DNA from: Mobula hypostoma | Taxonomy: Eukaryota | Assembly: GCF_963921235.1 (NCBI RefSeq) | Contig: NC_086108.1 | Location: 8,432,001 to 8,496,000 of the forward strand | Reading direction: 5' to 3' | DNA length: 64,000 nt | In this document: positions 25,872 through 39,379 of the stretch, piece after piece | How the letters are laid out: each line of letters starts with the position of its first letter | How positions within the stretch are numbered: the stretch's first letter is position 1 | Position numbers and translations under genes: made by a program | Notes under the pieces: generated by a model | The model's database searches: none | Seen by the model: the letters and a program-made list of their open reading frames with translations, nothing else | What the model was told of the DNA's origin: nothing

Positions 25872-27494
25872 CTGCGGCAAGAGAGGAGGGATAAAGTGAG
25901 ATCTCACCTTAAACCATCAGGAGAGAAACATTTCCCTTTGAAATCCACCCCATTAATGATCTATCAGACCCCGAAGTGTCAATAATTCCGCCTCTCTGGT
26001 TGTGAACATTTCTGACAGGGCCAGCATCATCACCTGGACCACAATGGCTTGCTGGGCTAGTTCACAGAACATTACAGCACAGTACAGGCCCTTCGGCCTG
26101 CATTATTGTACTGACCTTTTAACATACTCCAAGATCATTCTGACTCTTCCCAAATACAGAGCCCTCCATCCCGTTGCCTTCCTAAGAGTCTCTTAAATGT
26201 CCCTAATGTATCTGCCTCTACCACCACCCCGGCAAGGTATCCCACGCATAACCACTGTGTTTAAAAAAAACTTAGCCCTCCATATTTCCCTTCAATCACC
26301 TTAATAGTAGGTCTTGCTGAATTAGCCGTTTCCGCCCTGGGAAAAGGGCATTGGCTGTTCCCTCGATCTTTGCTTCTTATCTTATACACCTCTGTCAAGG
26401 CACCTCTCAACCTGCAAAGTCCTGGCCTGCTTGACCTACCCTCATCAGATATTCATTTGCAGGCTGAGTCCGTGGTGAGGAAGGCAAATGCAATGTTAGC
26501 ATTCATTTCAAGAGGACTAGAATAGAAAGGTAAGGATGTAATGTTGAGGCTTTATAAAGCACTGGGGAGTACTGGTGTATTGAGAGCAGTTTTGGCCCCC
26601 AGGATGTGTTGACACTGGAGAGGGTTCAAAGGAGGTTCATGAAAATGATTCCAGAATTGAATGGCTTGTCATATGGGGAGTGTTTGATGGCCCTGGGCCT
26701 GTACTCACTGGAATTCAGAAGAATGAGCGGTGACCTTATTGAAACCTATCAAATGGTGAAAGGCCTCAATTAGAGTGGATGTGAAGAGGATGTTTCCTAT
26801 GATGGGAGTGTCTAAGACCAGAGGACACAGCCTCAGAAACAGAGGGGCATCCTTTTAGAATGGAGATGAGGAGTAATTTCTTTAACCAGAGAGCGGTGAA
26901 TCTGTGGAGGCCAAGTCTTTATGTATATTTAAGAAAGAGGTTGATAGATTCTTGATTGGTCAGGGCATGAAGTTATTCAGGGAGGAGACAGGAGACTGGG
27001 CCTGCGAGAGAGAAAATGGATCAGCCCTGATGAAATGGTGCAGCAGACTCAATGGGCCAAATCCTGCTCATGTCTCATGCTCTCTAATCCAGGCAGCATC
27101 CTGGTAAATCTCCTCTGCACCCTCTCTAAAGCTTCCACATCCTCCCTATGATGATGTGACCAGAACGGAACACAAGACTTCAAGTGCGTCTAACCAGGGT
27201 TTTATAGAGCTGCAACATTACCTCATGGCTCGTGTACTCAATCCCCTGACTATTGAAGGCCAACACACCCTATCAACTTGAAGAGCAAATTTGAGGGATC
27301 TGTGGGTAAGGGGAGTCACAGCCATTCCCTTTCACCCAGGGGTATTAGGAGATTGGATCTCACTGGCTGAAAGGGTTAACACTACCATTATGAAGTTCAC
27401 TAAAAAATTGGGAAGATTCAGTGACCATCATGGGTACTTGACAGGCCAAATGGTCTCCTGAAATAACTCGGAAAATGTGTAGCTCAGGTGTTTG

Positions 27495-28788
27495 ATGGTT
27501 GGGTTGAGTTGTTCTCCGAACTTGGAAATTTCCTTGCAAATATTTCGCCCCCATACGAGGAGACATCATCAGTGCACTGTTGATTGTGGTGGGTCCTCTG
27601 AATGCTTGGCCCTTATATACTTATCAATCCGCGGAATTGTGGTCATTACGGAAACTCAATTGTGACTTAGGGAGGGGGTCTTGTTGCTGATGGGTTGTGT
27701 GGCGAACTTTGTACGTGGTCTGGAATTTTGCCTGCATTGGCCTTCAAATGGGATTGAAGTTTACATGTCTGTTTCAAGAATTGTTTGCGGAAAACCACAC
27801 TTCTAGGAATTCTCTTGCATGCTGTGGTTTGCTTGTGCCACGACTTTCACTGATGCCCAGTCGAATCTGTGCCCCTCTCGATCTTCACAGTAGAGACTCT
27901 GGAGAGTTGGTCACTCTGCTTTATAGCCGGGTGATGTTCCTGGATCCTTGTGGATAGATTTTGAGATGAGACCCCCTCAAGAGGCAGGAGGAGAAGATGG
28001 CGGCGCGACGCAGCGCGCGCAGCTCTTCGGTGAAATGATATCGTATCTGTTAAATAGGGGCCATGGACAATTCTGATTTGATGGAGACAGACGTGAGAAG
28101 CACAGAGGAACATCTGGAGAAATTTCTGAAATGCCCGGTTCGCTGCCGCTGCTACTGTGCGATCGAGAATCTCCGGAGGGAAGGCCCCAAAATCCCCGGC
28201 TTTGCCTGCTGCTGGCGACCGAGGCGGAGGTCGAAGTGTTCAGATAGAGGTGGTGCTCGGTACTCGGTGTCGGAGGGCTGAACAGAGCTCGAAGTTTTCG
28301 GACGACTCAGAGTTGGACTGTGGTCAGGCATGGCAGGGAGAGTTTTCTTCCTTCTCCCGTCTGCGTGAGATGTGGGACTTTCGAGAGACTTTGAACTTTT
28401 CTACTGTGCCATGGCCTGTTCTTCATCAAGTTATGGTGTTGTTGCACTGTTGTAACTATATGTTATAATTATGTGGTTTTTGTTAGTTTTTCGGTCTTGG
28501 TCCGTCCTGTGTTTCTGTGATATCACACCGGAGGAATATTGTATCATTTCTTAATGCATGCATTACTAAATGACAATAAAAGAGGACTGCGTGTCCTCAT
28601 AATCTAATGTCCCAATGTCACAACTGAGTTTCCATATTGATGTCCAATCAGCTGATTGATAAGTCTATAAAGGCCAAGCTTTCAGAGGGCACACCACAAT
28701 CAACAGCACACTAACGAAGTCTCCTCGTACAGTGATGAAATATTTACAAATGGATTGCCAAGATCGGAGAACAACTCAGCCTAACCAT
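27495..28788. mobile_element. Penelope-derived relic with inverted terminal repeats of about 180 bp, interrupted by a younger non-autonomous LINE-like insert (about 27985-28610)
   Basis: 27495-27670 is the reverse complement of 28610-28788; GIY-YIG tail remnant (HRFDW...REFLE) on the minus strand; insert starts aagatggcggcg and ends aataaa...aatctaat. Confidence 0.6.
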
Positions 28789-28945
28789 GGATGGTCTCCT
28801 TCTGTGCCGTCAGCTTGCTGCTTATCATTTAAACTGACAGCGAAGTTCATGGACAGAGCATCAGCTCTCCCCCCTGGCTGCCCCATGCACCAGAGTCTGC
28901 CTCTGTCCTGATGCAGAGGGCGAGCCTTCACTAACTGGAGCTTAC

Positions 28946-29020
28946 CTGACACGTGATGACGGAAGCCGGAGTGGTGCTGCCCGTCGTGCTTGCCCCCGTC
29001 TTCGCTCTTTTCCCAGTTAC
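28946..29020 (-). CDS. Candidate juxtamembrane linker exon (GNWEKSEDGGKHDGQHHSGFRHHVS)
   Basis: 75 nt, phase 1-1; good donor CAG|GTAAGC; GC/CpG-rich non-repeat patch. The acceptor (ttttgaatgatag) is weak, so the 5' boundary is uncertain. Confidence 0.5.
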
Positions 29021-30532
29021 CTATCATTCAAAATTGTTTAATGTCATTACCAGTCATCATTATGCACCATATCCTATGACATCATTGTGCTGTGTTATAT
29101 GACTTCATGCACCACATCATATGACATCACCATCATATGCTGTGTCTTATTACATCATCATTATGTGCCGTGTCATATTACATCATCATTATGTGCCGTG
29201 TCATATGACATGGGCGATCATGGTCTTTTCATGACCATGATTGTTCTTGACAAATTTTTCTACAGAAGTGGTTTGCCATTGCCTTCACCTGGGTAGTGTC
29301 TTTACAAGGTGGGTGACCCCGGCCATTATCAATATTCTTCAGAGATTGTCTGCCTGGTGTCAGTGGTCACCTCACCAGGCCTTGTGATCTGCACTGGCTG
29401 CTCATACGACCATCCACCACCTGCTCACATGGCTTCACGTGACCCTGATCGGGAGGGGGCTGGAGGGAAGAGGGTGGGGGGGGGGGCTAGGCAGGTGCCA
29501 CAGCTTGCCCAAGGGTGACCTGCAGGCCAGTGGAGGGAAGAAGCACCTCACACCTCCTTTGGTAGAGACGTATCTCCACGCCATCACCCCCATTTCCAGC
29601 ATACAAATGAAAAGGAGAACAAAAGAATTGTTACGCTGACCCCCACACTCAGAGGGTGGTAAGAGTGTAGAAGTGGTGCATGCGAGCTCGATTTCAACAC
29701 TTAAGAGAAGATTAGATTGGTAAATGGATGGTAGGGGTATGGAGGACTATGGTCTCGGTGCAGACACAATAATAATAAATAAAATCACAATAAATATAAA
29801 TACACACGATAGCTGATATACATAGCTGATGTCCATAAAGTTGCGCTCGGCACAGCAGTGTCCGTACATAAGGTGACACAGACAGGAAATGATAACGTAG
29901 TGGTGGGGTGGGTCAGTGGGTGGATGTGTAGGTCCGTTTTATTGCTTGGGATGGTAATTGCTTTTCATTTTTTTGCAGGCATTTAAAGCAAAGTCAAGAA
30001 ATACAATAGAATGTATGAATAACTATACATAAACAACCTCCAGGAGGACCACAACAAATTTGTCGTGGGGTTTGTGTGCCTCAATGACCCAGAGAGTTAT
30101 GTTGTCTGGAGTCAGGGCTTTACGCTTTGACTCTTGGTAGGGTCACCCATGCCAAACAGGTCAAAGGGTAGAGGCCAGACTAAGAGTGGTCCACTGGTCC
30201 TCCAGGTTCAAGAGTTCAGCTCAGGGCTAACAACCCTGACTGGTCAAACAAAGCTGTTACAGAAACAGCAATGAAGAATCCTTCTCCATCTGAGTGCGAT
30301 AGAATGGACAGACAGAGATGGAGCACCTTCAATACTGCCCTAAACACAAGTGTCATAATGGGCAGTAGTAAACACACACTGACAAACAACCAATGTATAA
30401 AAGACAACAAATTGTCAAAAGGGAGTCATGGAAAACTACAGTACAGAAACAATTCAAAATAATACTGAAAAAATGAGTTGTGCAGTCCTTGCAAAGTGAA
30501 CCTGCAGATTGTGGAATCAGTTCAGAGCTGAT

Positions 30533-30902
30533 GTGAGTGAAGTTATCCACACTGGTTCAGGAGCCTGATGGTTGTGGGGTAATAACTGTTCCTGAACCTG
30601 GTGGTGTGGGACCTGAGGCTCATTGTGGTGAGTGAAGTTATCCACACTGGTTCAGGAGCCTGATGGTTGTGGGGTAATAACTGTTCCTGAACCTGGTGGT
30701 GTGAGACCTGAGGCTCATTGTGCTGAGTGAAGTTATCCACACTGGTTCAGGAGCCTGATGGTTGTGGGGTAATAACTGTTCCTGAACCTGGTGGTGTGAG
30801 ACCTGAGGCTCATTGTGCTGAGTGAAGTTACCCACACTGGTTCAGGAGCCTGATGGTTGTGGGGTAATAACTGTTCCTGAACCTGGTGGTGTGGGACCTG
30901 AG
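30533..30902. repeat. 95-bp tandem repeat (about 4 copies) derived from a Rex1-type LINE 3' fragment
   Basis: Unit gtgagtgaagttatccacactggttcaggagcctgatgg...gaggctcattgtg repeats; ORF offsets are 95 bp. Confidence 0.88.
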
Positions 30903-33339
30903 GGCTCCAGGACGCCAAGGCCTACACGGCCCACACACAGACAAGATGTGAGTACACCCCCAGATTACGAACTGCCTCATCAAGTTGCAACCCTTGCACG
31001 AACATCCAAGTTCATTCAGAGCCGTAGCCTGTGCGGCACCTTCTGTTCAGCTTGCCACTCAGGGAGACCCCACGTGCTGTGGGACAGGAGGGGGTGTGGA
31101 GAAGCACTCAGTGTAATCTGGGATTTACGCCAATCAGGGCCAGGTCTGAGCGAGGACTGAGAGGATGAGAGGCAGCTTGATAGAGGTGTACGGAGGGAGC
31201 AGCCAGGGCCTCGGGGGCCTTTCTCCCAGGGCACCAAGGGCAAATGCCAGAAGGACATCTTGTTGAGGCGAATGGATGTAAGTTTAGGGGCGATGTCAGA
31301 GACAGGTGTTTATATACGTGTGTATACAAACTCTGTAGTGGGTGCAATGAACACACTGCCAGGGCTGGTGGTAGAAAAAGATACATTAAGGACAACCTGC
31401 AGGTCACCCTTGGGCAGCCGGTACACATCACAAGTCCTGGATATGCGACCACTGACGCCAGGCAGACAATCTCTGAAGAGTACTGATAATGGCGGGGTCA
31501 CCCATGTTGTAAAGACACTGCCCAGAGGAAGGAAATGGCAAACCACTTCTGTGGAAGTTTACCACACAATCATGGTCACATGGAAAGACCACGACCGCCC
31601 ACGTCATACAACACAGCACGTAACCAACGAACGAGGTTGATACTGTACACAAACAGGTCTTTAAACCCAACTTGTCCATGACGACCAAGGCTAGTATTAC
31701 TTGCCCACGTTTCCCCCTCAACCTCTCCTATTCATGTACAAGCTAAACGTTCTTACAATCAGAATCAGGTGTAGTATCACCAGCGTATGCCCTGAAATTT
31801 GCTGTCTTTGCAGCAGCAGTACAAAGCAATACATAGTATTAGAGGAAGAAATGTGAAAATATATATATATTCACGTAGTTAAAGTAAATAAGTAGTGCAA
31901 AAATAGAAATAAAAAAAGTAGTGAGGTCGTGTTCATGGGTTGAATATCCAGACGTCGTTGGGGGAGCGGAGAAGCTATTCCTTCAGGCTCCGCACATCAA
32001 AGTTGCTGGTGAACGCAGCAGGCCAGGCAGCATCTCTAGGAAGAGGTAGAGTCAACGTTTCAGGCCGAGACCCTTCGTTCAGGCTCCTGTAGCTCCTCTC
32101 TGAGAAGCAGGCATGTCCTGGGTGGTGAGGGTCTGGGAAGGTGTAGTATGGTCAGAACGATAGATTCACGGGTGTGCTCTACACCTCCTTGGAGGTACAA
32201 CACCCCTGGGATTCCCTGGTCTCCCACATCTCAGTATTAACCATATAACAATTACAGCACAGAAACAGGCCATCCCGGCCCTTCTAGTCCGTGCCGAATT
32301 CTTACTCTCACCTAGTCCCACCGACCTGCACTCAGCCCATAACCCTCCATTCCTTTCCTGTCCGTATATCTATCCAATTTAACTTTAAACGACAACATCG
32401 AACTTGCCTCAACCACTTCTGCTGGAAGCTCGTTCCACACAGCTACAACTCTCTGAGTAAAGAAGTTCCCCCTCATGTTACCCCTAAACTTTTGCCCTTT
32501 AACTCTCAACTCATGTCCTCTTGTTTGAATCTCCCCCATTCTCCATGGAAAAAGCCTATCCACGTCAACTCTATCAATCCCCCTCATAATTTTAAACACC
32601 TCTATCAAGTCCCCCCTCAACCTTCTATGCTCCAAAGAATAAAGACCTAACTTGTTCAACTTTTCTCTGTAACTTAGGAGATGAAACCCAGGCAACCTTT
32701 GAGAACCTTTTATTAGGAGCAGTGGAACCAACTCACCGTCTCACAGTGTACTCAGTGCAGAGGGCTGCTCTTGCCCCACCCACAGTCAAACACACAGATT
32801 TGTCACACGTACATCGAAGCATACAGTGAAATGTGCTGTTTGTGTCAGTGACCAACGCTGGCCGAAGATGTGCTGGGGGGCAACCCACAAGTGTTGGCAC
32901 ACCTCCGGCACCAAAATAGCAAACCTACAACTCACTAACCCTGACCCGTGCCACCCAGCCATCACCCAATTTAATCCTAGCCTAATCACAGGGCAATTTA
33001 CAATGATCAGTAAACCTACCTACCGACCGGTAAGTCTTTGCACTGTGGGAGGTCACTGGGGCACACAGAGGAAACCCATGCCGTGACAGGGAGAACGTAC
33101 CAACTCTTTATAGACAGTAGTGGGAATTGAACCTGGATGGCTGGCATTGTGAAGTCTTACGCTAACCCCTACGTTACCATGCTAGCATTAGCCATTCTGC
33201 CAATGCAGACGGACCATTTTTACCTCCAGGAATAGCAACCCTAATTTCACTAATTTATTTTAGACAGTGATGTCCCTCATTTCTGGAATTTACTCTCGTA
33301 AATCTCTGCTGCACCTTCAAGCTTCAAATAATATATATT

Positions 33340-33830
33340 TTTTGGCAATTCTTTCTTTTTCAATCTTTTTATTAAGTTTCAAAATTAAACAGTAATAGTA
33401 ATGATACATAAAGATCTGGATTACAATAGTAACAGTTAACACGAACAAGCACAGATTCCGAGTAAAAAAAAATAGTTTAGCCTCCCAATCTCAAGTAACT
33501 GACCATGAAAAAGATATTTTATAAAGAGGAAAAAAATAGAAAACCCCCTAAACTAAAGAAAAACTAACAGAAAAAAAACAAAGTTTGGCCTGTCATATTA
33601 CATCAGCTAAAATTATTAGTTGTCGTTAACTCCGCTCCTCTATACCTGAACTAAAAAATTACTACAAAGGATTCAGAAAGGGCCAACTTGCATCATATGA
33701 GAATATTGAATAAATGGCCTCCAAGTTTCTTCAAGTTTAACTGAAGGTTCCAAAGTACCACTCCTAATTTTTTTCCAAATTTAGGCATGTTATCGTTTGG
33801 GAAAACCATTGAAATGTAATATTGTTTTGG
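33340..33830 (-). mobile_element. L1-type LINE 3' fragment
   Basis: Minus strand encodes ...EPSVKLEETWRPFIQYSHM, resembling an L1 ORF2 C-terminus, followed by a UTR with AATAAA and an A-rich tail. Confidence 0.55.
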
Positions 33831-35933
33831 AAATTGACTGAAGATTGAGATCACTGGGGCGGGTGCGGAGAGGAAGTGAGCATTCAGCGCAGTGTACCGG
33901 CCCTCAGTCGCTGCTGCTGGAGACGGTGTCTGAATGTGGCAGTCCTTCTCTCTCTCTTGCTGCTCCCAAGGGAAGGTCCCTGTGTTCAAGTGATCTCTCT
34001 CTCCCTTTATGCCGTCGGCAGATGATGCCGGAACAAGGTTTAATCGACACGGATTGTGGATTAGGACCCTAATTCGGGTTTATAATGTGTTCTAATTGTA
34101 GTCTTAGTTGCTCTTTATTGGTTCTACTTTTGGGCGATTTTGAATCGGGGTGGCCTGCAGATAATCAGGGTGAACTGTACCAGAATATGCCTTTTGATTT
34201 TATGTTGTAGATTCTGCATTCTCACTCTGTTTTTTTTCTGTTGCCATCTGCACAATTTGTTTTGTGTGGGGGGGGGGTTTGATGTTCGATGTTTTCCTTT
34301 GAACGGGTTGGTTCCAGGGTGTTTCTGTGTTTCGTGGCTGTCTGTGGGAAGATGAATCTCAGGGTGGTATATTACATACACTCTTTGATAAATAAATGTA
34401 CTTTGAATCTTTGAACTGGACATACAGATCCCACAGGACTGAAACTAACCATCCATGGACCCCGGCTCGGGAAGGCAGCCATAATACTGCGGATGCCACA
34501 GCGGTAGCACAACGCTGCTACAGCTTGATGGCGGGGGGTGGGGGGGGGGCTCAGACAGGCCTCTAAGGAATTTGTACGTTTTCCCTGTGACCGGGTGGGT
34601 TTCTTCTGGGTACTTTGGTGTCCTCCCGCAGTCGGTTAGTAGGTTAATTTGTCATTGTAAACTGTCCCATGATTAGGCCAGGATTAAATCCGGGGGCTGC
34701 TGGGTGGTGTGTCTCAAAGAACCAGAAGGGCTGGTTCCACACTGTATTTCAATAAATAAAACATCTTGGACTTCAGCCACCCAGATCCTGCTCTTCGTCT
34801 GTCTGTTCTGCACCTTATATCATTGTAAGATTATATCAAGTTTATAACTAATTTGATGAATTAATAGTGTGTGTGTATATATATATATATATAGACATTC
34901 TCTCCGTACATATCACGAGTTTAACGCTGACAAGTGCTGGGAGGCAGTGGAAAAAAAGAAAAGCTTTTCCACTATATACGCAGAGCGCTCTCGCAGGAAA
35001 GCAGCATCCATCATCAAGGACCCCCACCACCTAGGCCCTGCTTTTTTCTCGCTGCTGCCATTAGGAAGGAGGTACAGGAGCCTCAGGACTCGCACCACCA
35101 GGTTCTGGAACAGTTATTACCCTCAGCCATCAGGCTCTTGAACCAAAGGGGACAACTTCACTCACCCCATCAGTGAAAGGTTCCCACAACCAATAGACTC
35201 ACTTTCAGGGACTCTTCATCTCATGTTCTTGATATTTATTGCTTATTTATTTATTATTATTTCTTCTTTTTGTATCTGTACAGCTTGTTGTGTTTTGCAC
35301 TCTGTCCATCTTGTTGGGGCCCGTCTTTGATTAATTCTGCTGCGTTTCTTGTCTTTACTGTGTGAATTCCCACAAGAAAATGAATCTCAGGGTTGTATAT
35401 GGTGGCAAAGATGTCCTATGATAATAAATTTACTTTGAATGTGACAAGAAGAGAATTAACGAAGACGGAAACGCTGGAGGAACTCAGCAGGTCAGGCACC
35501 AGCTCTGGAGGGGAATAAACAGACAAGATTTTGGGCCGAGACACCCTCTCAAGACTAGAAAAGAGAGCAGCAGTCAGAAGGTGAAGGAACACAAGCTGGC
35601 AGGTGATAGATAAGACCAGGTGAGGGGAAAAGTAGGTGGGGAGAGGGGATGAAGAAAGAAGCTGGGAGCTGATAGGTGGAAAAGGTAGAAGGCTGAAGAA
35701 AGAGGCATCTGTTAGGAAGAGAGAGCAGACCATAGGAAAAAGAGAAGGAGTGGGGACACCAGGGAGAGGTATTCTGCAGAACACTGTGGGCATAATATCT
35801 TGGCACCCGTATGTGTGACGAAACTTGTGGGCTGCCCTTAGCATACGCTTGGTTGTTAACACAAGCAATGCATTTCACCGCCTGTTTCGACGTAGATCGG
35901 CTGTGGCCAGGTCTGGCTTCACCGTGTACTAAC

Positions 35934-36104
35934 CTGTCTTCCCCGAGCAAGCAGCCAAGCAGCTCTCCTCGGAGACGAAGTTGTTCTTGTTCCCTCCACA
36001 GCCACCGTAGATGAAGGACAGGCAGGGCTGCCGCGCGGAGTCGTAGTACCATCGCGGGAAGGCAGTGCAGCGTTTCCCCGTCACGGCCGGAGCATAGCGG
36101 TTCT
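35934..36104 (-). CDS. Aberrant Kunitz exon D ([57 protein letters not shown])
   Basis: 171 nt, open, phase 1-1, donor G|GTTAGT. First Cys changed to Arg, Cys-Arg at the reactive loop changed to Arg-Cys, and the acceptor is shortened. May be skipped. Confidence 0.65.
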
Positions 36105-36109
36105 CTGCA

Positions 36110-38627
36110 GGCTCAGTCCCCACCCAAACACACTCACCCCCACCCACCCGCTCCTTTACCAACGTCATTCCAACAATCTCAGCAAATCACGTTCATCTGC
36201 TTGTCCCAGGAAGCCAAGCCCCCACCAGCAACCTCCCCGCCCGCGCCTGCACCCACACTAATATCGTACCTTTATCCTCAACGGATAGCTTCCTTTCCGG
36301 TGGTTCGGAGACAAGTGCTGCGGAACGAAAAAAAAGATGTGAAGTTACACGCACAAAGTGCTGGGGGGGGGGACTCAGCAGGTCAGGCAGCATCTATAGA
36401 AATGAATAAACAGTCAACGTTTTGGGCCAAGACCCTTCTTCAGGACTGAGAAGGAAGAGGGGAGACTCCAGAGTAAACAGGTGGGGAAGGGGGGAGGGGA
36501 AGGAGGACGGCTGGAAGGTGACGAGTGAAGCCAGGTTGGTAGGAGAGGTGAAGGGCTGGAGAGGAAGGAATCTGATGGGAGAGGAGAGTGGACAATAGGA
36601 GAAAGGGAAGGGAGAAGGGACCCAGGGGGAGGTGATAGGCAGGTGAGAAGAGGTAAGAGGTCGGAGTGAGGAATAGAGGAAGGAATTGGTTCACCGAAAG
36701 TAGAGATCAATATTTATGTCATCAGGTTGGAGGCTACCCAGACGGAATATAAAGTGTTGCTCTTCCACCCTGAGCGCGGCCTCTTCTTGGCACAAGAGGA
36801 GGCCACGGGCTGACACATTAGAATGGGAATGGGAATGGGAATGAAAAAGATTTGGCCACCAGGAAGTCAAGCTTTTGGTGAATGGAGCAGAGGTGCTTGA
36901 TGACGCGGTCCCCCAATTTACCTGTATCTATTTTCAGGGACAATGGAGAACACCTGGAGCTAAGTGTTCTGTGGAATTTCACCCACCGATCAGTGTGTGA
37001 CACCGAACCATGCCGAGACAGGTCAGAGGAGCTTTCACACAGCCATCCATAGAGGAAACTGAAGTTTCAGAGGGAACGCCAGAGGGTGAGACCCAGGGCA
37101 AAGAGAGACACAAGAGGCTGAAATGGAGGTGGTAACAGGACGGGCAAGGACATGAAGGGGAGTTGGAAGGTGAGAGTAGGTCAAGTGAGCTAGGGCTTTT
37201 CTCTCTGGAGTGAAGGTGGTTGAGCGGTGACTCGATAGAGGTGTACACAATGATACAAAGCATCAATCATGTGGACAGCCAGAGACTTTTTCCCCAGAAC
37301 AGAAATGGTCAATATGAGGGGGCATAAACTTAAGGATGGAGCATCGGACCAGAAAGCCCTACAAAGGACAGTGAGACTGATCGAGAAGATCATACGGGTC
37401 ACCCTGCCCTCCATCAGGGACATTTATCAGGAGCACTGCACACGCAGGGCTCTTAGTATTATCAAGGATCCCACCCACCCATCCAGCATCCTCTTTGACT
37501 TTCTACCATCAGGCAGGAGACTCCGATGCACAAAAACAAGAATGGACAGGATGGGAAACAGATTCTTCCCGCAGGCCGTTAGGCTTCTGAACTCCCTGCC
37601 ACATCGCATTCGAAGTGTCTCTGGTTAATCTGTTCCGTACCCTACGATATTGTTTCATTTATTCCCTTTACTTTGTGTATTTATGCATAATCGATCATTA
37701 GATTTTATCCTTACTTTCCTAAGTTACTGTGTGTTATGTGTACTACTGTGCTTTACACCCTGGTCTGGAGAAACATCGTCTCATTTGATGGTATGCATGT
37801 ATATAGTTAAATGACAATAAAGTTGACCTCATTCCTCTGAGATGCAACACTGAGCGTCATAGGAAGTCATTCCTGCCTGTGGCCATCAAACTTTACAACT
37901 CCTCCCTTGGAGAGTCAGACACCCTGAGCCAATAGGCTGGTCCTGGATTTATTTCATAATTTACAGGCATAATTTACATATTACTGTTTAACTATTTATG
38001 GTTTTATTACTATTTATTATTTATGGTGCAACTGTAACAAAAACCAATTTCCCCCTGGGATCAATAAAGTATGACTATGACTAAGTAATTTTTTTTGTTT
38101 TACAGGGGTGGCAGATACATTAGGGACATTTAAGAGACTTTTAGATAGGCCCATGGATGATAGAAAAATGGAGGGCTATGTGGGAGGGTTACGTTGGTGT
38201 GGTCATCAACATAAAAGACTGATGTAAAAATCCCAAGCAGTGGACACTTAACATTGTCCTGCTCATCTGAGCCCCCAGGTGCAGTCAATAGTGTGTAACT
38301 GTCACGAACTGGGAAAAGGCAGAGAGAAATGTTTTGTTAAATCAGTTTGTTTAGAACCTCAGCCACTCCTGTAATACACAGCTCATGAGTTGTTCATCCT
38401 CCACCCCCACCCCCCTGTTCACACCTGTCCTGGGGGGGGGGGGAGGTGGCGTGCCTGATTCTGATTGTCGAAAGCAGCTTCCGTTGTGATTGGTCAGTTT
38501 AGAAGCTGCAACTGCTTTCCCCATTCGATAACCACCCGTGTACGGTTTCAAATACCCTGGGTACATAAAATAGCACATGGAAGGGGCTTGCTCTCTTCTT
38601 GCTTTGTTTAAGGCAGGAATGCACACG
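36110..38627. repeat. Intragenic duplicated block; direct copy of about 42612-44866
   Basis: Identical ORF translations at 36818/43309, 36979/43470 and 37427/43918 (offset about 6.49 kb); includes the linker exon copy. Confidence 0.9.
38252..38308 (-). pseudogene. Duplicated copy of the 57-nt linker exon with a dead splice donor (pseudo-exon)
   Basis: Exon body matches 44497-44553, but the donor reads G|TTAAGT instead of G|GTAAGT (plus strand A at 38251 versus C at 44496). Confidence 0.75.
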
Positions 38628-39379
38628 ACGATCAGGAATGTCTGGTCGAATTTTTACAGTTTGTAAATAAATGATTAATATACCTATTCAAAGCCAGTGC
38701 AGTTCTTCTCTCCCTTGCCAGGCCCACCAAACCTTATTCCACATTACAATACCTCCTCCCTGCTTGCCTCCCTGTCACCTCATTTGATCCCCCCCCCCGT
38801 TAACTCCATTTGCTGCCCCCCACCCCTCCACGGCCACCCCATTCTACTTTCTCTTCTTTCCTGGCCTGGGTGGGTTAGATTTCCTGGGATCAGATTTCAG
38901 GTCAGTACTGGTTTAACCAGAATGTCACACATGCTGAACAAGACCACAGGATTTTAAAGAAACAGACCCAACCCAAACAAAGCCAAGAATTTGTTCATTA
39001 CGAAAGCAACAGAACACCGAAGTAAGGAATCAGTGCTTCAATTCTACAGGCCACTGGTGAGACCACATCTCGTGTGCTGTGTATAGTCCTGCCCTTATTT
39101 TCAAATGGCAGAGCAGACCTGATGGCCTGAATGGCCCGCCAGCTCCTACGTCTTGTGGTCTCAATTCAGAATGTTAGCACAGCTCTGGCGGCGGAGTGGG
39201 GATACCTCTCTAACAAAGGAGGTGTAAGGCACTCCTTCCCTCCACTAGCCTACACGTCACCCTTGGGCAAAGTGTAGCACCTATTAGCCCCCCCAATCCC
39301 CCCAGATCATGAGGTGTGGGTCTTCAGGCTTCTGCAACTCAGAGGGAACAACGGTCAGCAGTTTAAATGGCTCGGCATG

